From assembly GCF_022565475.1 (NCBI RefSeq), contig NZ_JAIUMR010000004.1, positions 47,530 to 111,529 on the forward strand: a stretch of 64,000 bases of DNA, written 5' to 3'. The stretch is from Aliidiomarina sp. GTDB lineage: Bacteria > Pseudomonadota > Gammaproteobacteria > Enterobacterales > Alteromonadaceae. The notes beneath the pieces were generated by a model. The model was not told the origin of the DNA, made no database searches, and worked only from the letters and a program-made list of their open reading frames with translations. Below, piece by piece: positions 10,709 through 22,677 of the stretch. Made by a program: the position numbers and the translations under genes. The first letter of the stretch is position 1. Every line of letters begins with the position of its first letter.

Positions 10709-11163
10709 TCTGCGGGATCCTGAGTCATCAACATATGTAAGTCTGCGTCATCTTTGGCGTGGCGCAAGTTGCGGCAACATTCTTTGTTGTTGAGTCGCTC
10801 TGCGACCGCAGAAAGGGTTTTCAAATGAATTTCTGGATTGTCTTTCGGTACAAGCAGTGCAAAAACCAGATCAACCGGCTGATTGTCAATTGCGTCGAAA
10901 TTAATCGGTTGTTCAAGGGTAATTAATGCGGCCACGGGTTGGCCGGCATTCTCTAGCCGGCCGTGTGGGATTGCAATGCCGAGACCAATCCCGGTACTGC
11001 CAAGACGTTCGCGTTGCAGTAGGCTATCAAAAATATCGCTTTTACTGACACCAGCGAGCTTGGGTGCAAGTAATTGACTGATATATTCTAACACGCGTTT
11101 TTTGCTGCTCTCGGCGACACGTACTCGTGTGCAGTCCGGGCTTAAGATCTCTTGGAGGTTCAT
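10699..11163 (-). CDS. ptsN: PTS IIA(Ntr)
   Basis: RERLGSTGIG..IAIPHGR and DAIDNQPVDLVFALLVP. Confidence 0.95.
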   Translation of the reverse strand: MNLQEILSPDCTRVRVAESSKKRVLEYISQLLAPKLAGVSKSDIFDSLLQRERLGSTGIGLGIAIPHGRLENAGQPVAALITLEQPINFDAIDNQPVDLVFALLVPKDNPEIHLKTLSAVAERLNNKECCRNLRHAKDDADLHMLMTQDPAECN

Positions 11164-11167
11164 AGCC

Positions 11168-11455
11168 TTAGTGTTTCTTCAACTTTTCTTTATGTTTAAT
11201 CACTTGACGATCGAGCTTATCAATCAGAGCGTCGATGGCTGCATACATATCCTGATGCTCGGAAGTGGCAAACACTTCACCACCGTTCAGATGAACTGTA
11301 GCTTCCGCCTTTTGCATCAATTTTTCAACGTTTAAAATCACATGGACGTTGTTTATGTGGTCGAAGTGGCGCTCGAGTTTGGCGAATTTGGTATCGACAT
11401 AGTCGCGCAGAGCTTCGGTGATATCGACATGATGACCAGTTAAATTAATTTGCAT
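11168..11455 (-). CDS. hpf: Ribosome hibernation promoting factor (short HPF)
   Basis: MQINLTGHHVDIT...DMYAAID.L.DKLDRQ, 95 aa. Confidence 0.96.
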   Translation of the reverse strand: MQINLTGHHVDITEALRDYVDTKFAKLERHFDHINNVHVILNVEKLMQKAEATVHLNGGEVFATSEHQDMYAAIDALIDKLDRQVIKHKEKLKKH

Positions 11456-11481
11456 AGCACATCTTCCTTCTGTTGACGTGG

Positions 11482-12834
11482 TTAAAGTAGTGTCTTCCTT
11501 TGACTCGAAGGTGGGATATTTAAAGACTCCCGATACTTCGCAATCGTCCGTCTTGCTACCTGTATTCCCTGCTCCGCCAATAACGCAGCTAACTTGTTGT
11601 CGCTGAGTGGCTTCGCAGGATTTTCCGCTGCTACGAGTTTACGTAAGTGCGCCCTAATAGCAGTTGATGAAAAATCATCTCCACTTTCACTACTGACGTG
11701 GCTCGAGAAAAAATATTTCAGCTCGAAGACGCCACGTGGCGAGTGCATGAATTTTTGCGTAGTAACACGTGAAATTGTCGATTCATGCATCTCTATACTA
11801 TCTGCGACATCGCTCAGAATCATTGGTTTCATTGCTTCTGGACCATGTTCAAAGAATGCCTGTTGTCGTTGCACGATACAATGGGCAACCTTCAATAAAG
11901 TTTCATTGCGGCTTTCAATACTTTTGATTAACCAGCGCGCGTCTTGTAAGTGTTGACGGATATATTGTGAATCGGCCTGGCTACATTGGCTTTGCGGTAG
12001 ATCAGCATAGGCGCTATTGATGCGCAGTTTCGGTGCTGAGTCGGGGTTCAACTCAACCAGCCAGCGCCCATTTTGTTTGCGCACGAGGACGTCGGGAATA
12101 ACGTAATCTGACTCATTCCCGGAAAAGCCTTCTCCCGGACGTGGATTCAAACCTTGCAGCAAGGTTAAGACTTCTTTTAATTTCGACTCGGGTAGTCGAG
12201 TACGCTTCGCTAAGGTGCGATAGTCGCGTTTGCCGAGTAATTCTAAGTGCTTGTTAACAATGAGTTTTGCCGAGCTTAATGCCGGTGTGTCGTTGGGTAG
12301 CTGATTTAACTGAATAAGTAAGCACTCACCAACAGTACGAGCGCCGACGCCGACGGGGTCGAAATGCTGAATCCGTTTCAAGGTTACGGCGACTTCGGCC
12401 ACGGTAATATCGGCATCTTGCAGCTGCAATGACTGATGTAACTCTTCGATACTTTGTTGTAGATAGCCGCTTTCGTCAATCGCATCGATAATGGCTTCGG
12501 CGATAAACTCGTCGGTTTTGGTAAAGTGGGAAAGACGCATTTGCCAGCGTAAATAATCTTGCAAGCTTTCGGTGGTTTCGCCTTGGTAAATGTAATCTTC
12601 TTCGTTGGGACTTCCTGCGCTGCTTCCTGCGCCCGCCGAAATACGACTGTCCCAGTTGCTGTTGTCGTCTTCTCTTTCAGGTTCGGGAAGTTCGAGCAAC
12701 GGATTAGCTTCAAGCGCTTCTTGCACCTCTTGCTGTAACTCCAAAGAGGATAACTGCAGCAAGCGAATCGCTTGTTGCAGTTGTGGAGTCATGGTCAGAT
12801 TTTGACTAAATTTGAGTTGCAGACCTTGTTTCAT
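11482..12834 (-). CDS. rpoN: RNA polymerase sigma-54
   Basis: Region [25 protein letters not shown] and RpoN box [10 protein letters not shown]. Confidence 0.98.
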   Translation of the reverse strand: MKQGLQLKFSQNLTMTPQLQQAIRLLQLSSLELQQEVQEALEANPLLELPEPEREDDNSNWDSRISAGAGSSAGSPNEEDYIYQGETTESLQDYLRWQMRLSHFTKTDEFIAEAIIDAIDESGYLQQSIEELHQSLQLQDADITVAEVAVTLKRIQHFDPVGVGARTVGECLLIQLNQLPNDTPALSSAKLIVNKHLELLGKRDYRTLAKRTRLPESKLKEVLTLLQGLNPRPGEGFSGNESDYVIPDVLVRKQNGRWLVELNPDSAPKLRINSAYADLPQSQCSQADSQYIRQHLQDARWLIKSIESRNETLLKVAHCIVQRQQAFFEHGPEAMKPMILSDVADSIEMHESTISRVTTQKFMHSPRGVFELKYFFSSHVSSESGDDFSSTAIRAHLRKLVAAENPAKPLSDNKLAALLAEQGIQVARRTIAKYRESLNIPPSSQRKTLL

Positions 12835-12917
12835 GAATGCTTTAAAGCTTCCTTATAACCCAGCTACGTTGGCGTCGTTTCGAGCCCATACCTATATCAT
12901 TGGTCTTTTTGTGGAAA

Positions 12918-13643
12918 TTACAAGGAGAATTGGTCACCAAGATAGACTTCTTTCACCGTTTCATTTGCAAGAATTTCTTGCGCATTGCCGCTGGCTATCA
13001 TTTCTCCGTGACTGACAATATAGGCAATCTCGCACACAGACAGGGTTTCACGCACATTGTGATCGGTAATCAGTACACCAATGCCACGCTCGCTGAGTTG
13101 TTGGATAATTTTTTTAATATCAAGGACGGAAATTGGGTCAACACCGGCAAAGGGCTCATCAAGCAAAATGAACTTGGGTTCTGCGGCCAGTGCACGTGCA
13201 ATCTCGACTCGTCGCCGTTCACCACCGGATAAACTCATGCCAAGACTATTGACGATATGGCCAATATGAAAATCGTTAATCAAGGCGTCAAACTTTTCTT
13301 CACGCTGTGCGGCGTTTAAGTCCTTGCGGGTTTCTAGAATCGCCATAATGTTGTCGCGAACGGTTAACTTGCGAAAAACCGAGGCTTCTTGCGGAAGGTA
13401 ACCAATGCCTTTGCGGGCGCGGGCATGCATGGGTAATAGCGTAATGTCTTCGTCGTCGAGTTTGATATTGCCTTTATCATTGTTGACTAAACCGACGACC
13501 ATGTAGAACGTCGTTGTCTTGCCCGCTCCATTCGGGCCGAGAAGGCCAACGATTTGACCCGCATTAACACTCAAACTGACATCTTTAACGACGGTCCGGC
13601 CTTTATAAGCCTTGGCCAAATGCTCGACACGTAAGGTGCTCAT
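12918..13643 (-). CDS. lptB: LPS export ABC ATPase LptB
   Basis: [34 protein letters not shown] and [10 protein letters not shown]. Confidence 0.97.
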   Translation of the reverse strand: MSTLRVEHLAKAYKGRTVVKDVSLSVNAGQIVGLLGPNGAGKTTTFYMVVGLVNNDKGNIKLDDEDITLLPMHARARKGIGYLPQEASVFRKLTVRDNIMAILETRKDLNAAQREEKFDALINDFHIGHIVNSLGMSLSGGERRRVEIARALAAEPKFILLDEPFAGVDPISVLDIKKIIQQLSERGIGVLITDHNVRETLSVCEIAYIVSHGEMIASGNAQEILANETVKEVYLGDQFSL

Positions 13644-14215
13644 AATGACGGTAACCCATTCGGTAATTCATTCGGTTGCTCAGGTTGATTCTGCCGTGGC
13701 CGCGGCCGCAAGATCGTTTCCACTTGCTCAGTTTCATCGCCACTTTCAGAAATCACTTGTTGCAATTCAATGTTGTACGTTATTCGATTCGCCCTCACCA
13801 TGCTGCCATCTTGGCGCAATTCAGCGAGTCGACTTAGCGTCAGTGTGCGCTCAGTGGCATTGTATTCAATTAAATTCGCTTGCGCTTCGACGATTACGCC
13901 GGGTTCAATTTCTTGCTGATAGGTTGCAGGAGAACCACGTAAAATGAACATCTGGGTTTCACCTTCGCGTTCTTCAAAGCCGGTCGCCTCTAACTCGTCA
14001 GCAGTAATTTTTAGCGTACCCTGAGTGATGCGAACATTGCCCGTTGCGCGATAAATGTTGGCAGCAAGATCAATAAAATCGTTCTCGGCCAAAATCCGGA
14101 TCGGCTCATTAAAATCACGTTGTAAAGGCGATAGCTGCTCTTGTGCGACGGCTACGCTTGAGCAGAGCAGCGCACTAAGGGCGAATGTGACGGGGATAAT
14201 AAATCGTTTCAACAT
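13640..14215 (-). CDS. lptA: LPS transport periplasmic protein LptA
   Basis: Signal peptide MLKRFIIP...VAVA-QE (ATG 14215); OstA-like [15 protein letters not shown] and ANRITYNI; lies between lptC and lptB. Confidence 0.9.
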   Translation of the reverse strand: MLKRFIIPVTFALSALLCSSVAVAQEQLSPLQRDFNEPIRILAENDFIDLAANIYRATGNVRITQGTLKITADELEATGFEEREGETQMFILRGSPATYQQEIEPGVIVEAQANLIEYNATERTLTLSRLAELRQDGSMVRANRITYNIELQQVISESGDETEQVETILRPRPRQNQPEQPNELPNGLPSL

Positions 14216-14768
14216 GATTAATAATTTCCAATTGCTGAGCTTCAAGGTTAACACGCATGCCGACACCTTCAACATTAAACTGCGGACCTCGAAGCGTCAC
14301 TGCCTGATCAGTTTGCATGATTCCAGTTTGCAAATCGATTTCTAGGTAGTCGGTTCTGATTTCTTCAATATAACCGATACCGGAGCGATTCACGATAGAC
14401 ACGTTATCGATAAGCTCCAAGCGCTCGTCTTCAAAAAAGCGCCCATGACGTGCGCTAATTTCCCAAACTGCGCCTGTTTCTTGAATATTGACACTGTGTT
14501 CGGATAAAAAAGTTGTATAAACCGGCTGTTCTAACTCGGTCAATCGAATGGTACTAAAATGTGCCATGCGTTCGGCTTGAATTTGGTGCGCCAACCGACC
14601 ATCGGACTCGAAAACTCGCGTGGACAATCCGAACGCGGTGAAGTCAGGGATCAACTGACTATCGCTGCTGTCGATCACGATTGGCTCTTCACGATCAAAG
14701 GAATACCAGAGCAAGCCAGCACTCACACAGGCAAAGAGGACAAGCAGAACGAGCGAACGTTTGTTCAT
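14175..14768 (-). CDS. lptC: LPS export protein LptC
   Basis: N-terminal TM anchor, AERMAHF, WEISA..G and GVGMRVNL; operon position. Confidence 0.9.
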   Translation of the reverse strand: MNKRSLVLLVLFACVSAGLLWYSFDREEPIVIDSSDSQLIPDFTAFGLSTRVFESDGRLAHQIQAERMAHFSTIRLTELEQPVYTTFLSEHSVNIQETGAVWEISARHGRFFEDERLELIDNVSIVNRSGIGYIEEIRTDYLEIDLQTGIMQTDQAVTLRGPQFNVEGVGMRVNLEAQQLEIINHVETIYYPRHIRP

Positions 14769-15325
14769 GTGCTGCTCTCATGAACTTGGTGTAACAACCC
14801 CTGGCTTAATAAAATCAGATCGGCGACTTCGCGAACAGCGCCAAAGCCGCCGCGTTGCTGAGTAACATAATCCGCTTGTTGTTGCAGAAACGGGTGACCA
14901 TCATAGACGGTTAGAGCAAGACCGGAGGCTTGTAGCATGGGTAAATCCGGTAAATCATCACCGATACTGGCAGTTTCGTTGTCGCTGACACCACAGGCGT
15001 CTTGAATCGCGCGAAAAGCCTCCATTTTATCGTGTTGGCCTTGGTAAATATGGGGAACGCCAAGTGCTTGCATGCGATCGGCGACGATCTGCGACTGCCG
15101 ACCGGTAATCACCGCGACTTGAATTCCGGCAGTCAACAGTGCCTTCACGCCTAAGCCATCGCGGGTGTGAAAGGCTTTGAGTTCTTCGCCTTGATTACCA
15201 AGGTAAATTCGGCCGTCGGAAAAAACGCCATCGACGTCACAGACTAAGAGTTTAATTGCAGCGAACTTGGTCATTACGTCTTGATGAATATCGCCATACC
15301 ATGTTGAGGTGTACTGATGTTCCAT
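14765..15325 (-). CDS. kdsC: KDO 8-phosphate phosphatase
   Basis: HAD motifs DVDGVFSDG, AFHTRDGLG and IGDDLPD. Confidence 0.95.
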   Translation of the reverse strand: MEHQYTSTWYGDIHQDVMTKFAAIKLLVCDVDGVFSDGRIYLGNQGEELKAFHTRDGLGVKALLTAGIQVAVITGRQSQIVADRMQALGVPHIYQGQHDKMEAFRAIQDACGVSDNETASIGDDLPDLPMLQASGLALTVYDGHPFLQQQADYVTQQRGGFGAVREVADLILLSQGLLHQVHESST

Positions 15326-16335
15326 TAGATGACTCCCGCGCGCAGTAAGTCATGCATATTGAAGACACCAACCACTTGGTGTGTCTTATTGACTGCAATC
15401 AGACCGTTAATTTTTTTGTTTTCCATCACTTTTAGCGCCTCTGCGGCCAAGGTTTCTGGGCTTGTGGTGGTGCAATGTCGGGTCATGGTTGCGGAAATTG
15501 GGGTGCTGTGAATGTCGACACGCTGGTCGAGAATTCGGCGTAAATCACCGTCGGTAAAGATACCTAACAGCTGGTCGTTGTCGTCGACAATGGTGGTCAT
15601 GCCCAAACCTTTGCGTGAAATCTCGAGCAAAGCTTCGGTAATAATCGCGCTTTCCCGAACTTTCGGGATGCGGTCGCCGCTGTGCATAATGTCGCTGACT
15701 CGGAGTAACAACCGGCGACCGAGGCTGCCGCCTGGATGCGACAAAGCAAAATCATCAGCGGTAAAGCCGCGTGCATGCAATAAGGCGACAGCAAGCGCAT
15801 CACCCATGACGAGCGTTGCAGTGGTGCTTGCGGTGGGGGCTAACCCGAGCGGGCAGGCCTCTTCGGCAACACCGACATAAAGGTGCACGTCAGCCAGTGT
15901 TGCGAGTGTCGATTCAGGTTTTCCGGTCATGGCAATGAGTGGCACACCAAGGCGTTTAATCACCGGTAAAATGCTTAATACCTCATGGGTTTCACCCGAA
16001 TTGGAAATCGCAATCACGGTGTCTTGTGCCGTGATCATGCCCAGATCGCCATGACTAGCTTCGCCAGGGTGAACAAAAAAAGCAGGTGTTCCGGTACTCG
16101 CAAGTGTCGCTGCTATTTTGCCGCCAATGTGCCCTGATTTGCCCATGCCGGTCACAACAACACGGCCCTGACAACGGATGAGCTGTTGACAGGCGTTATG
16201 GAAAGACGTGTCGATCGATTGATATAAGCCGTCAATTGCCGCTTTCTCGATATCGAGAACGCGTTGACCCTGGGCGATAAAGTCACTTGCAACAAGTGCC
16301 GAATCGTCAGGCTGATGACGAGTTGACTCAGTCAT
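15325..16335 (-). CDS. kdsD: Arabinose-5-phosphate isomerase (SIS + CBS)
   Basis: GMGKSGHIG, HPGEASHGDLG, CPLGLAPTAST, SHPGGSLG and a CBS pair. Start placed at ATG 16335 after AAGGA. Confidence 0.96.
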   Translation of the reverse strand: MTESTRHQPDDSALVASDFIAQGQRVLDIEKAAIDGLYQSIDTSFHNACQQLIRCQGRVVVTGMGKSGHIGGKIAATLASTGTPAFFVHPGEASHGDLGMITAQDTVIAISNSGETHEVLSILPVIKRLGVPLIAMTGKPESTLATLADVHLYVGVAEEACPLGLAPTASTTATLVMGDALAVALLHARGFTADDFALSHPGGSLGRRLLLRVSDIMHSGDRIPKVRESAIITEALLEISRKGLGMTTIVDDNDQLLGIFTDGDLRRILDQRVDIHSTPISATMTRHCTTTSPETLAAEALKVMENKKINGLIAVNKTHQVVGVFNMHDLLRAGVI

Positions 16336-16418
16336 AGTAGTCAAATCCTTGTTTTTGCCGATGTGCGGAACTAAATCGCACATTCCTAGCCAGAAACCTT
16401 ATAAGCCAATTTTGCAAA

Positions 16419-16427
16419 AGTATATCA
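16419..16427 (-). promoter_or_regulatory. Predicted extended -10 promoter of kdsD-kdsC-lptCAB
   Basis: Minus strand reads TG-A-TATACT, about 85 nt upstream of the kdsD ATG. Confidence 0.5.
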
Positions 16428-16517
16428 CCGACAACCTAGAATAGGTACGGGTGGCAAGAAAACGAACGATGCGGCCAAAGGCAAATGCAGCACGACGGGT
16501 GCGACAGTTTGTGCATT

Positions 16518-16575
16518 GTCGGTCGGTTTGCAAATTGATAAATTGAGCGTTAGTTAACTAAATAGTCGGTTTAGT
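16518..16575. promoter_or_regulatory. Candidate TetR operator region
   Basis: GTCGGTTT at 16522-16529 and 16565-16572; hyphenated palindrome ACTAAA-TAGTCGG-TTTAGT (16557-16575); TTAGTTAACTAA (16550-16561). Overlaps a possible TTGATA-N18-TAAATA promoter. Confidence 0.5.
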
Positions 16576-16597
16576 CAGTGTAAAGGTTTAAGTAACC

Positions 16598-17206
16598 ATG
16601 AATGAAGTAAAGAAAACATCACGCGGCGGACGTCCAAGCAAACGGGATTTTATTCTTGCGCAAGCAGAGCTTTTAGTCCGCGACCGAGGAGCATCGCAAT
16701 TGACCTTTGATGCTTTAACGGAGCAAACAGGGATCAGTAAGGGTGGTTTGCTTTATCACTTTGAGAGCAAAGAGGCACTCATCGTCGCGATGCTTGAGCG
16801 TTATATTGGTCAGCGCCAGCAGCGCACGGCCAATGTGTTGGCCGCAAAACCTGAATTGAATGACATGGTCGATGGTTATTTGCTGGCGATGTTGGAAGCG
16901 GAAATTACTGAGCCACAGGAAATGTTAGCGGTGGATAGTGCGATTGTTGCCGCGATTGCGTCGAATCCAGATCTATTGGAGCCCGTTCGGCAACGTAATG
17001 TTGAACTATGGGCGGGCCTTGACCAAGCGCAAGCGGGCGCAACTCAAGCTCGAATTGCTTGGAAGGCGGTAGTCGGTCATCGACTGTTGAAACAATTTGG
17101 TTTGTTGATTGAAAGCGACGAGCAAACCGATGCCTTTATTGCTGAAGTAACCGCCATGGTGACCCCAAGCGCAAAAACCGACACGGAAAATAGCGTCTTT
17201 GGTTAA
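16598..17206 (+). CDS. TetR/AcrR-family transcriptional regulator
   Basis: N-terminal HTH LTFDALTEQTGISKGGLLYHFESKEALI; helical C-terminal domain AIASNPDLLEPVR...GHRLLKQFGL. Confidence 0.92.
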   Translation: MNEVKKTSRGGRPSKRDFILAQAELLVRDRGASQLTFDALTEQTGISKGGLLYHFESKEALIVAMLERYIGQRQQRTANVLAAKPELNDMVDGYLLAMLEAEITEPQEMLAVDSAIVAAIASNPDLLEPVRQRNVELWAGLDQAQAGATQARIAWKAVVGHRLLKQFGLLIESDEQTDAFIAEVTAMVTPSAKTDTENSVFG

Positions 17207-17245
17207 TCTTAATGTGTCAGTTTCGCGTTTCTACAATGTAGAATG

Positions 17246-17270
17246 AAAGTAGCCCTTCGGGGCTATTTTT
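17246..17270 (+). terminator. Intrinsic terminator after the TetR gene
   Basis: TAGCCC-TTCG-GGGCTA followed by TTTTT. Confidence 0.85.
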
Positions 17271-17307
17271 GTATCAGTGATTTCCGTAGCCGTGGAAACG
17301 AAAACAA

Positions 17308-17316
17308 TGCTAAGAT
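17308..17316 (+). promoter_or_regulatory. Predicted extended -10 promoter of the mla operon
   Basis: TG-C-TAAGAT, downstream of the TetR terminator and about 125 nt before mlaF. Confidence 0.45.
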
Positions 17317-17439
17317 GTCCGGCCTTTTTGACGATACGGAATTGAACCATTTTGGTTTCCGTATGGATAGAAAAGATCTGTGAGCATTTCGCCGCGTCGC
17401 TGCAGAAGCGGTGGCAAGAATCTCGAGAAGAGGCATGCA

Positions 17440-18246
17440 GTGAAAAACTTAGTTGAATTACATGATGTGCATTTTAGTCGCGGTGATACCTCGATTTACG
17501 AGGGCGTGAGCCTCGTGGTCCCGGAAGGTAAAGTGACCGCGATTATGGGCCCTAGTGGCTGCGGTAAAACCACGCTGCTGCGCTTGATCGGCGGTCAGTT
17601 ACGACCAAGTAGTGGCCAGGTTCAATTTGCGGGCCATGAGATTAATAAGCTCGGACGTGGTCCTCTTTATGAAGTGCGTAAACGCATGAGCATGTTATTC
17701 CAAAGCGGTGCCTTGTTCAGTGATATGACCGTCTTCGATAATGTCGCCTTCCCGATTCGTGAACACACTGATTTACCCGAGAATATCGTCGCCACTGTGG
17801 TCAAGATGAAACTTGATTCGGTGGGTCTGCGTGGTGCTGCCCATCTTTTCCCGTCTGAATTATCGGGCGGTATGGCGCGTCGCGCTGCGCTTGCGCGTTC
17901 TATCGCACTCGATCCTGAATTAATCATGTACGACGAACCCTTTGCCGGCCAAGATCCTATCTCGATGGGCATGCTGGTGAAATTGATTCGTTCATTGAAT
18001 CGAACCTTGGGGCTGACCTCGATTGTGGTTTCCCATGACATTCATGAAGTGATGAGTATTGCCGACCATGTGTGCATCATGGCGAACAAACGCATTGTCG
18101 CGCAAGGCTCACCGCAGCAGCTTGAGCAAGAAGGCAATGAACTGGTTCAGCAGTTTTTACATGGTGAGCCAGATGGCCCGGTACCATTCCATTACCCTGC
18201 GAAAAATTATGCGGATGACTTACTTGGCAAAGGAGCTGGACAATGA
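17440..18246 (+). CDS. mlaF: MlaF ABC ATPase
   Basis: [25 protein letters not shown] and [10 protein letters not shown]. Start placed at GTG 17440 after GAGG. Confidence 0.95.
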   Translation: MKNLVELHDVHFSRGDTSIYEGVSLVVPEGKVTAIMGPSGCGKTTLLRLIGGQLRPSSGQVQFAGHEINKLGRGPLYEVRKRMSMLFQSGALFSDMTVFDNVAFPIREHTDLPENIVATVVKMKLDSVGLRGAAHLFPSELSGGMARRAALARSIALDPELIMYDEPFAGQDPISMGMLVKLIRSLNRTLGLTSIVVSHDIHEVMSIADHVCIMANKRIVAQGSPQQLEQEGNELVQQFLHGEPDGPVPFHYPAKNYADDLLGKGAGQ

Positions 18247-19016
18247 AGCTACTGGTCAATTTGGGGCGGGACACCTTGAATGTCTTGCGCGGCATGGGCA
18301 ACGCTACGATCATGCTGTTTCAAGCGCTCGTCGGTAAACCGCAACCGCTAAAAATGTTTCCACTGTTAATGCGTCAATTGTATGTCGTTGGCGTGCAATC
18401 GATGCTGATTATTTTGGTGTCTGGTCTTTTTATCGGCATGGTTTTGGGCTTACAAGGCTATACCATATTGGTCGATTTTGGCGCTGAACAAGCGCTGGGA
18501 CCAATGGTCGCCTTAAGTTTGTTACGTGAACTAGGGCCGGTCGTTACCGCCTTGCTCTTTGCTGGCCGCGCTGGGTCCGCACTGACCGCTGAAATCGGTC
18601 TGATGCGCGCAACCGAGCAACTGTCCAGCTTAGAAATGATGGCGGTTGATCCGCTGCGCCGGGTGATAGCCCCCCGTTTCTGGGCAGGCTTTATCAGCAT
18701 GCCGTTGCTTGCCTTCATGTTTAGCGCTATTGGTATTTACGGCGGTTTTGTCGTTGGTGTGCAGTGGCTCGGCGTGGATGACGGCGCATTCTGGTCAGTC
18801 ATGCAAGCAAGCGTGGAATGGCGCTATGACATCATGAATGGTTTTATTAAAAGTTTAGTGTTTGCTTTTGTGGTGACATGGATTGCGCTTTACAAAGGCT
18901 ACACCGCGGTACCGACATCGCCTGGAATTAGTGCAGCGACCACACAAACAGTGGTGTATAGCTCACTTGCGGTGCTTGGGTTGGATTTTGTTTTGACTGC
19001 TTTAATGTTTGGGTGA
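18243..19016 (+). CDS. mlaE: MlaE permease
   Basis: [42 protein letters not shown] and SAATTQTVV. Confidence 0.96.
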   Translation: MKLLVNLGRDTLNVLRGMGNATIMLFQALVGKPQPLKMFPLLMRQLYVVGVQSMLIILVSGLFIGMVLGLQGYTILVDFGAEQALGPMVALSLLRELGPVVTALLFAGRAGSALTAEIGLMRATEQLSSLEMMAVDPLRRVIAPRFWAGFISMPLLAFMFSAIGIYGGFVVGVQWLGVDDGAFWSVMQASVEWRYDIMNGFIKSLVFAFVVTWIALYKGYTAVPTSPGISAATTQTVVYSSLAVLGLDFVLTALMFG

Positions 19017-19019
19017 TTT

Positions 19020-19487
19020 ATGGAAGCTCGTAAAATAGAGTTACTCGTCGGTGTATTTATTACCGCTGCGATTGCAGCATTGGTGTTTTTGGCATTACAA
19101 GTCGCGAATACAACTGGTTCGCTGCGAGGTGAAACCTATACCTTGTATGCCAAATTCGACAATATCGGCGGCTTAAAAGTGCGTTCACCGGTGAAAGTCG
19201 GTGGTGTAGTTGTCGGTCGAGTCAGTAACATCACGTTAGACCGTGAGTATTTTGAACCCGTGGTCGAAATGAAAATCAGTAAGCAGTTTGTCGGCTTTCC
19301 TGACACCAGCACCGCCTCAATCCTGACCTCTGGGTTGCTCGGTGAGCAATACATTGGTCTCGAGCCCGGCTTTATGGACGAAGGCATAATGACACTCGAA
19401 GACGGTGATGAAATTTTCATGACTAATTCGGCCATGGTGTTAGAAAACTTGATTGGCCAGTTCTTATTTAGCCAAGGCAATGATTAA
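19020..19487 (+). CDS. mlaD: MlaD MCE-domain protein
   Basis: FDNIGGLKVRSPVKVGGVVVGRV and ILTSGLLGEQYIGL. Confidence 0.96.
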   Translation: MEARKIELLVGVFITAAIAALVFLALQVANTTGSLRGETYTLYAKFDNIGGLKVRSPVKVGGVVVGRVSNITLDREYFEPVVEMKISKQFVGFPDTSTASILTSGLLGEQYIGLEPGFMDEGIMTLEDGDEIFMTNSAMVLENLIGQFLFSQGND

Positions 19488-19513
19488 GTCAACGACTAAG
19501 GCGAGGGTAGGGT

Positions 19514-19810
19514 ATGAATAGCCTCAGTTTTACCCAAGAGAAAAACCAAGTGGTTGTACGTGGGCTGCTTGACCGCGATCATGTCGGCGCAGCCTGGCAA
19601 AGTCGGCAGGACTGGTTAAGTGGCAGTGGCGATGTGTCGGTTGACCTGCAAGGTGTAGAGAAAGTTGATTCTGCTGGTTTAGCAATGCTTATTCAAGTCA
19701 AAGCAGAGTTGCTCCAGCAAGGTCGCGAATTGGCTTTACACAATGTAAACACTCAGCTTCGACAGTTTGCTGAGGTCAGTGGCGTAACCGAGCTACTTTC
19801 GTTAAGCTAA
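19514..19810 (+). CDS. mlaB: MlaB STAS-domain protein
   Basis: 98 aa STAS with VDLQGVEKVDSAGLAML; directly follows mlaD. Confidence 0.85.
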   Translation: MNSLSFTQEKNQVVVRGLLDRDHVGAAWQSRQDWLSGSGDVSVDLQGVEKVDSAGLAMLIQVKAELLQQGRELALHNVNTQLRQFAEVSGVTELLSLS

Positions 19811-19843
19811 GCGCCATCCTTCTCTAAAAATGTGGGAAAAGTC

Positions 19844-20101
19844 ATGGATCCTAAAGATATTGAGGTTCGCTTAAAAGACGCGATTGACCTCACTGAAGTG
19901 CACGTTACTGGCGAGAATAGTCACTACCAAGTGATTGCTGTGGGTGAAGTTTTTGCTGATTTGTCACGAGTAAAACAGCAACAACTAATTTACGCTCCGC
20001 TACAAGACAAGATTGCTGACGGCAGTATTCACGCGCTCACGATTAAAGCCTACACGCCGGAAAAATGGCGGCGTGAAAAACTACTGAACATGCCAGGTTA
20101 A
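19844..20101 (+). CDS. ibaG: BolA-family protein IbaG (YrbA)
   Basis: SHYQVIAV, SRVKQQQLIYAPL and IHALTIKAYTP; lies between mlaB and murA. Confidence 0.92.
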   Translation: MDPKDIEVRLKDAIDLTEVHVTGENSHYQVIAVGEVFADLSRVKQQQLIYAPLQDKIADGSIHALTIKAYTPEKWRREKLLNMPG

Positions 20102-20138
20102 TGCTCGGTCATCCTGTTTAGTACCGTTCCTATAGTAA

Positions 20139-22528
<2,390 letters not shown>

Positions 22529-22630
22529 GGGTAAGCTTTATAAACCGTATGCGAGTCAATGAATTAAGCAATAGTAACACTAAAGATTCATTCTCGATAG
22601 TCATCTCCAGCGGATTAAAAAGCGACAAGC

Positions 22631-22660
22631 AAAAGCCCCTGCGTGTTAGGCAGGGGCTTT
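22631..22660 (-). terminator. Intrinsic terminator after degQ
   Basis: AAAGCCCCTGC-N7-GCAGGGGCTTT, with T-runs on both sides. Confidence 0.8.
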
Positions 22661-22677
22661 CGAGTTTTGTGGTCTGA

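Noticed and set aside
17226-17244. GTTTCTAC-AAT-GTAGAAT resembles a Cas12a repeat stem
   Set aside because: It is a single copy, with no spacers and no cas genes in the window.
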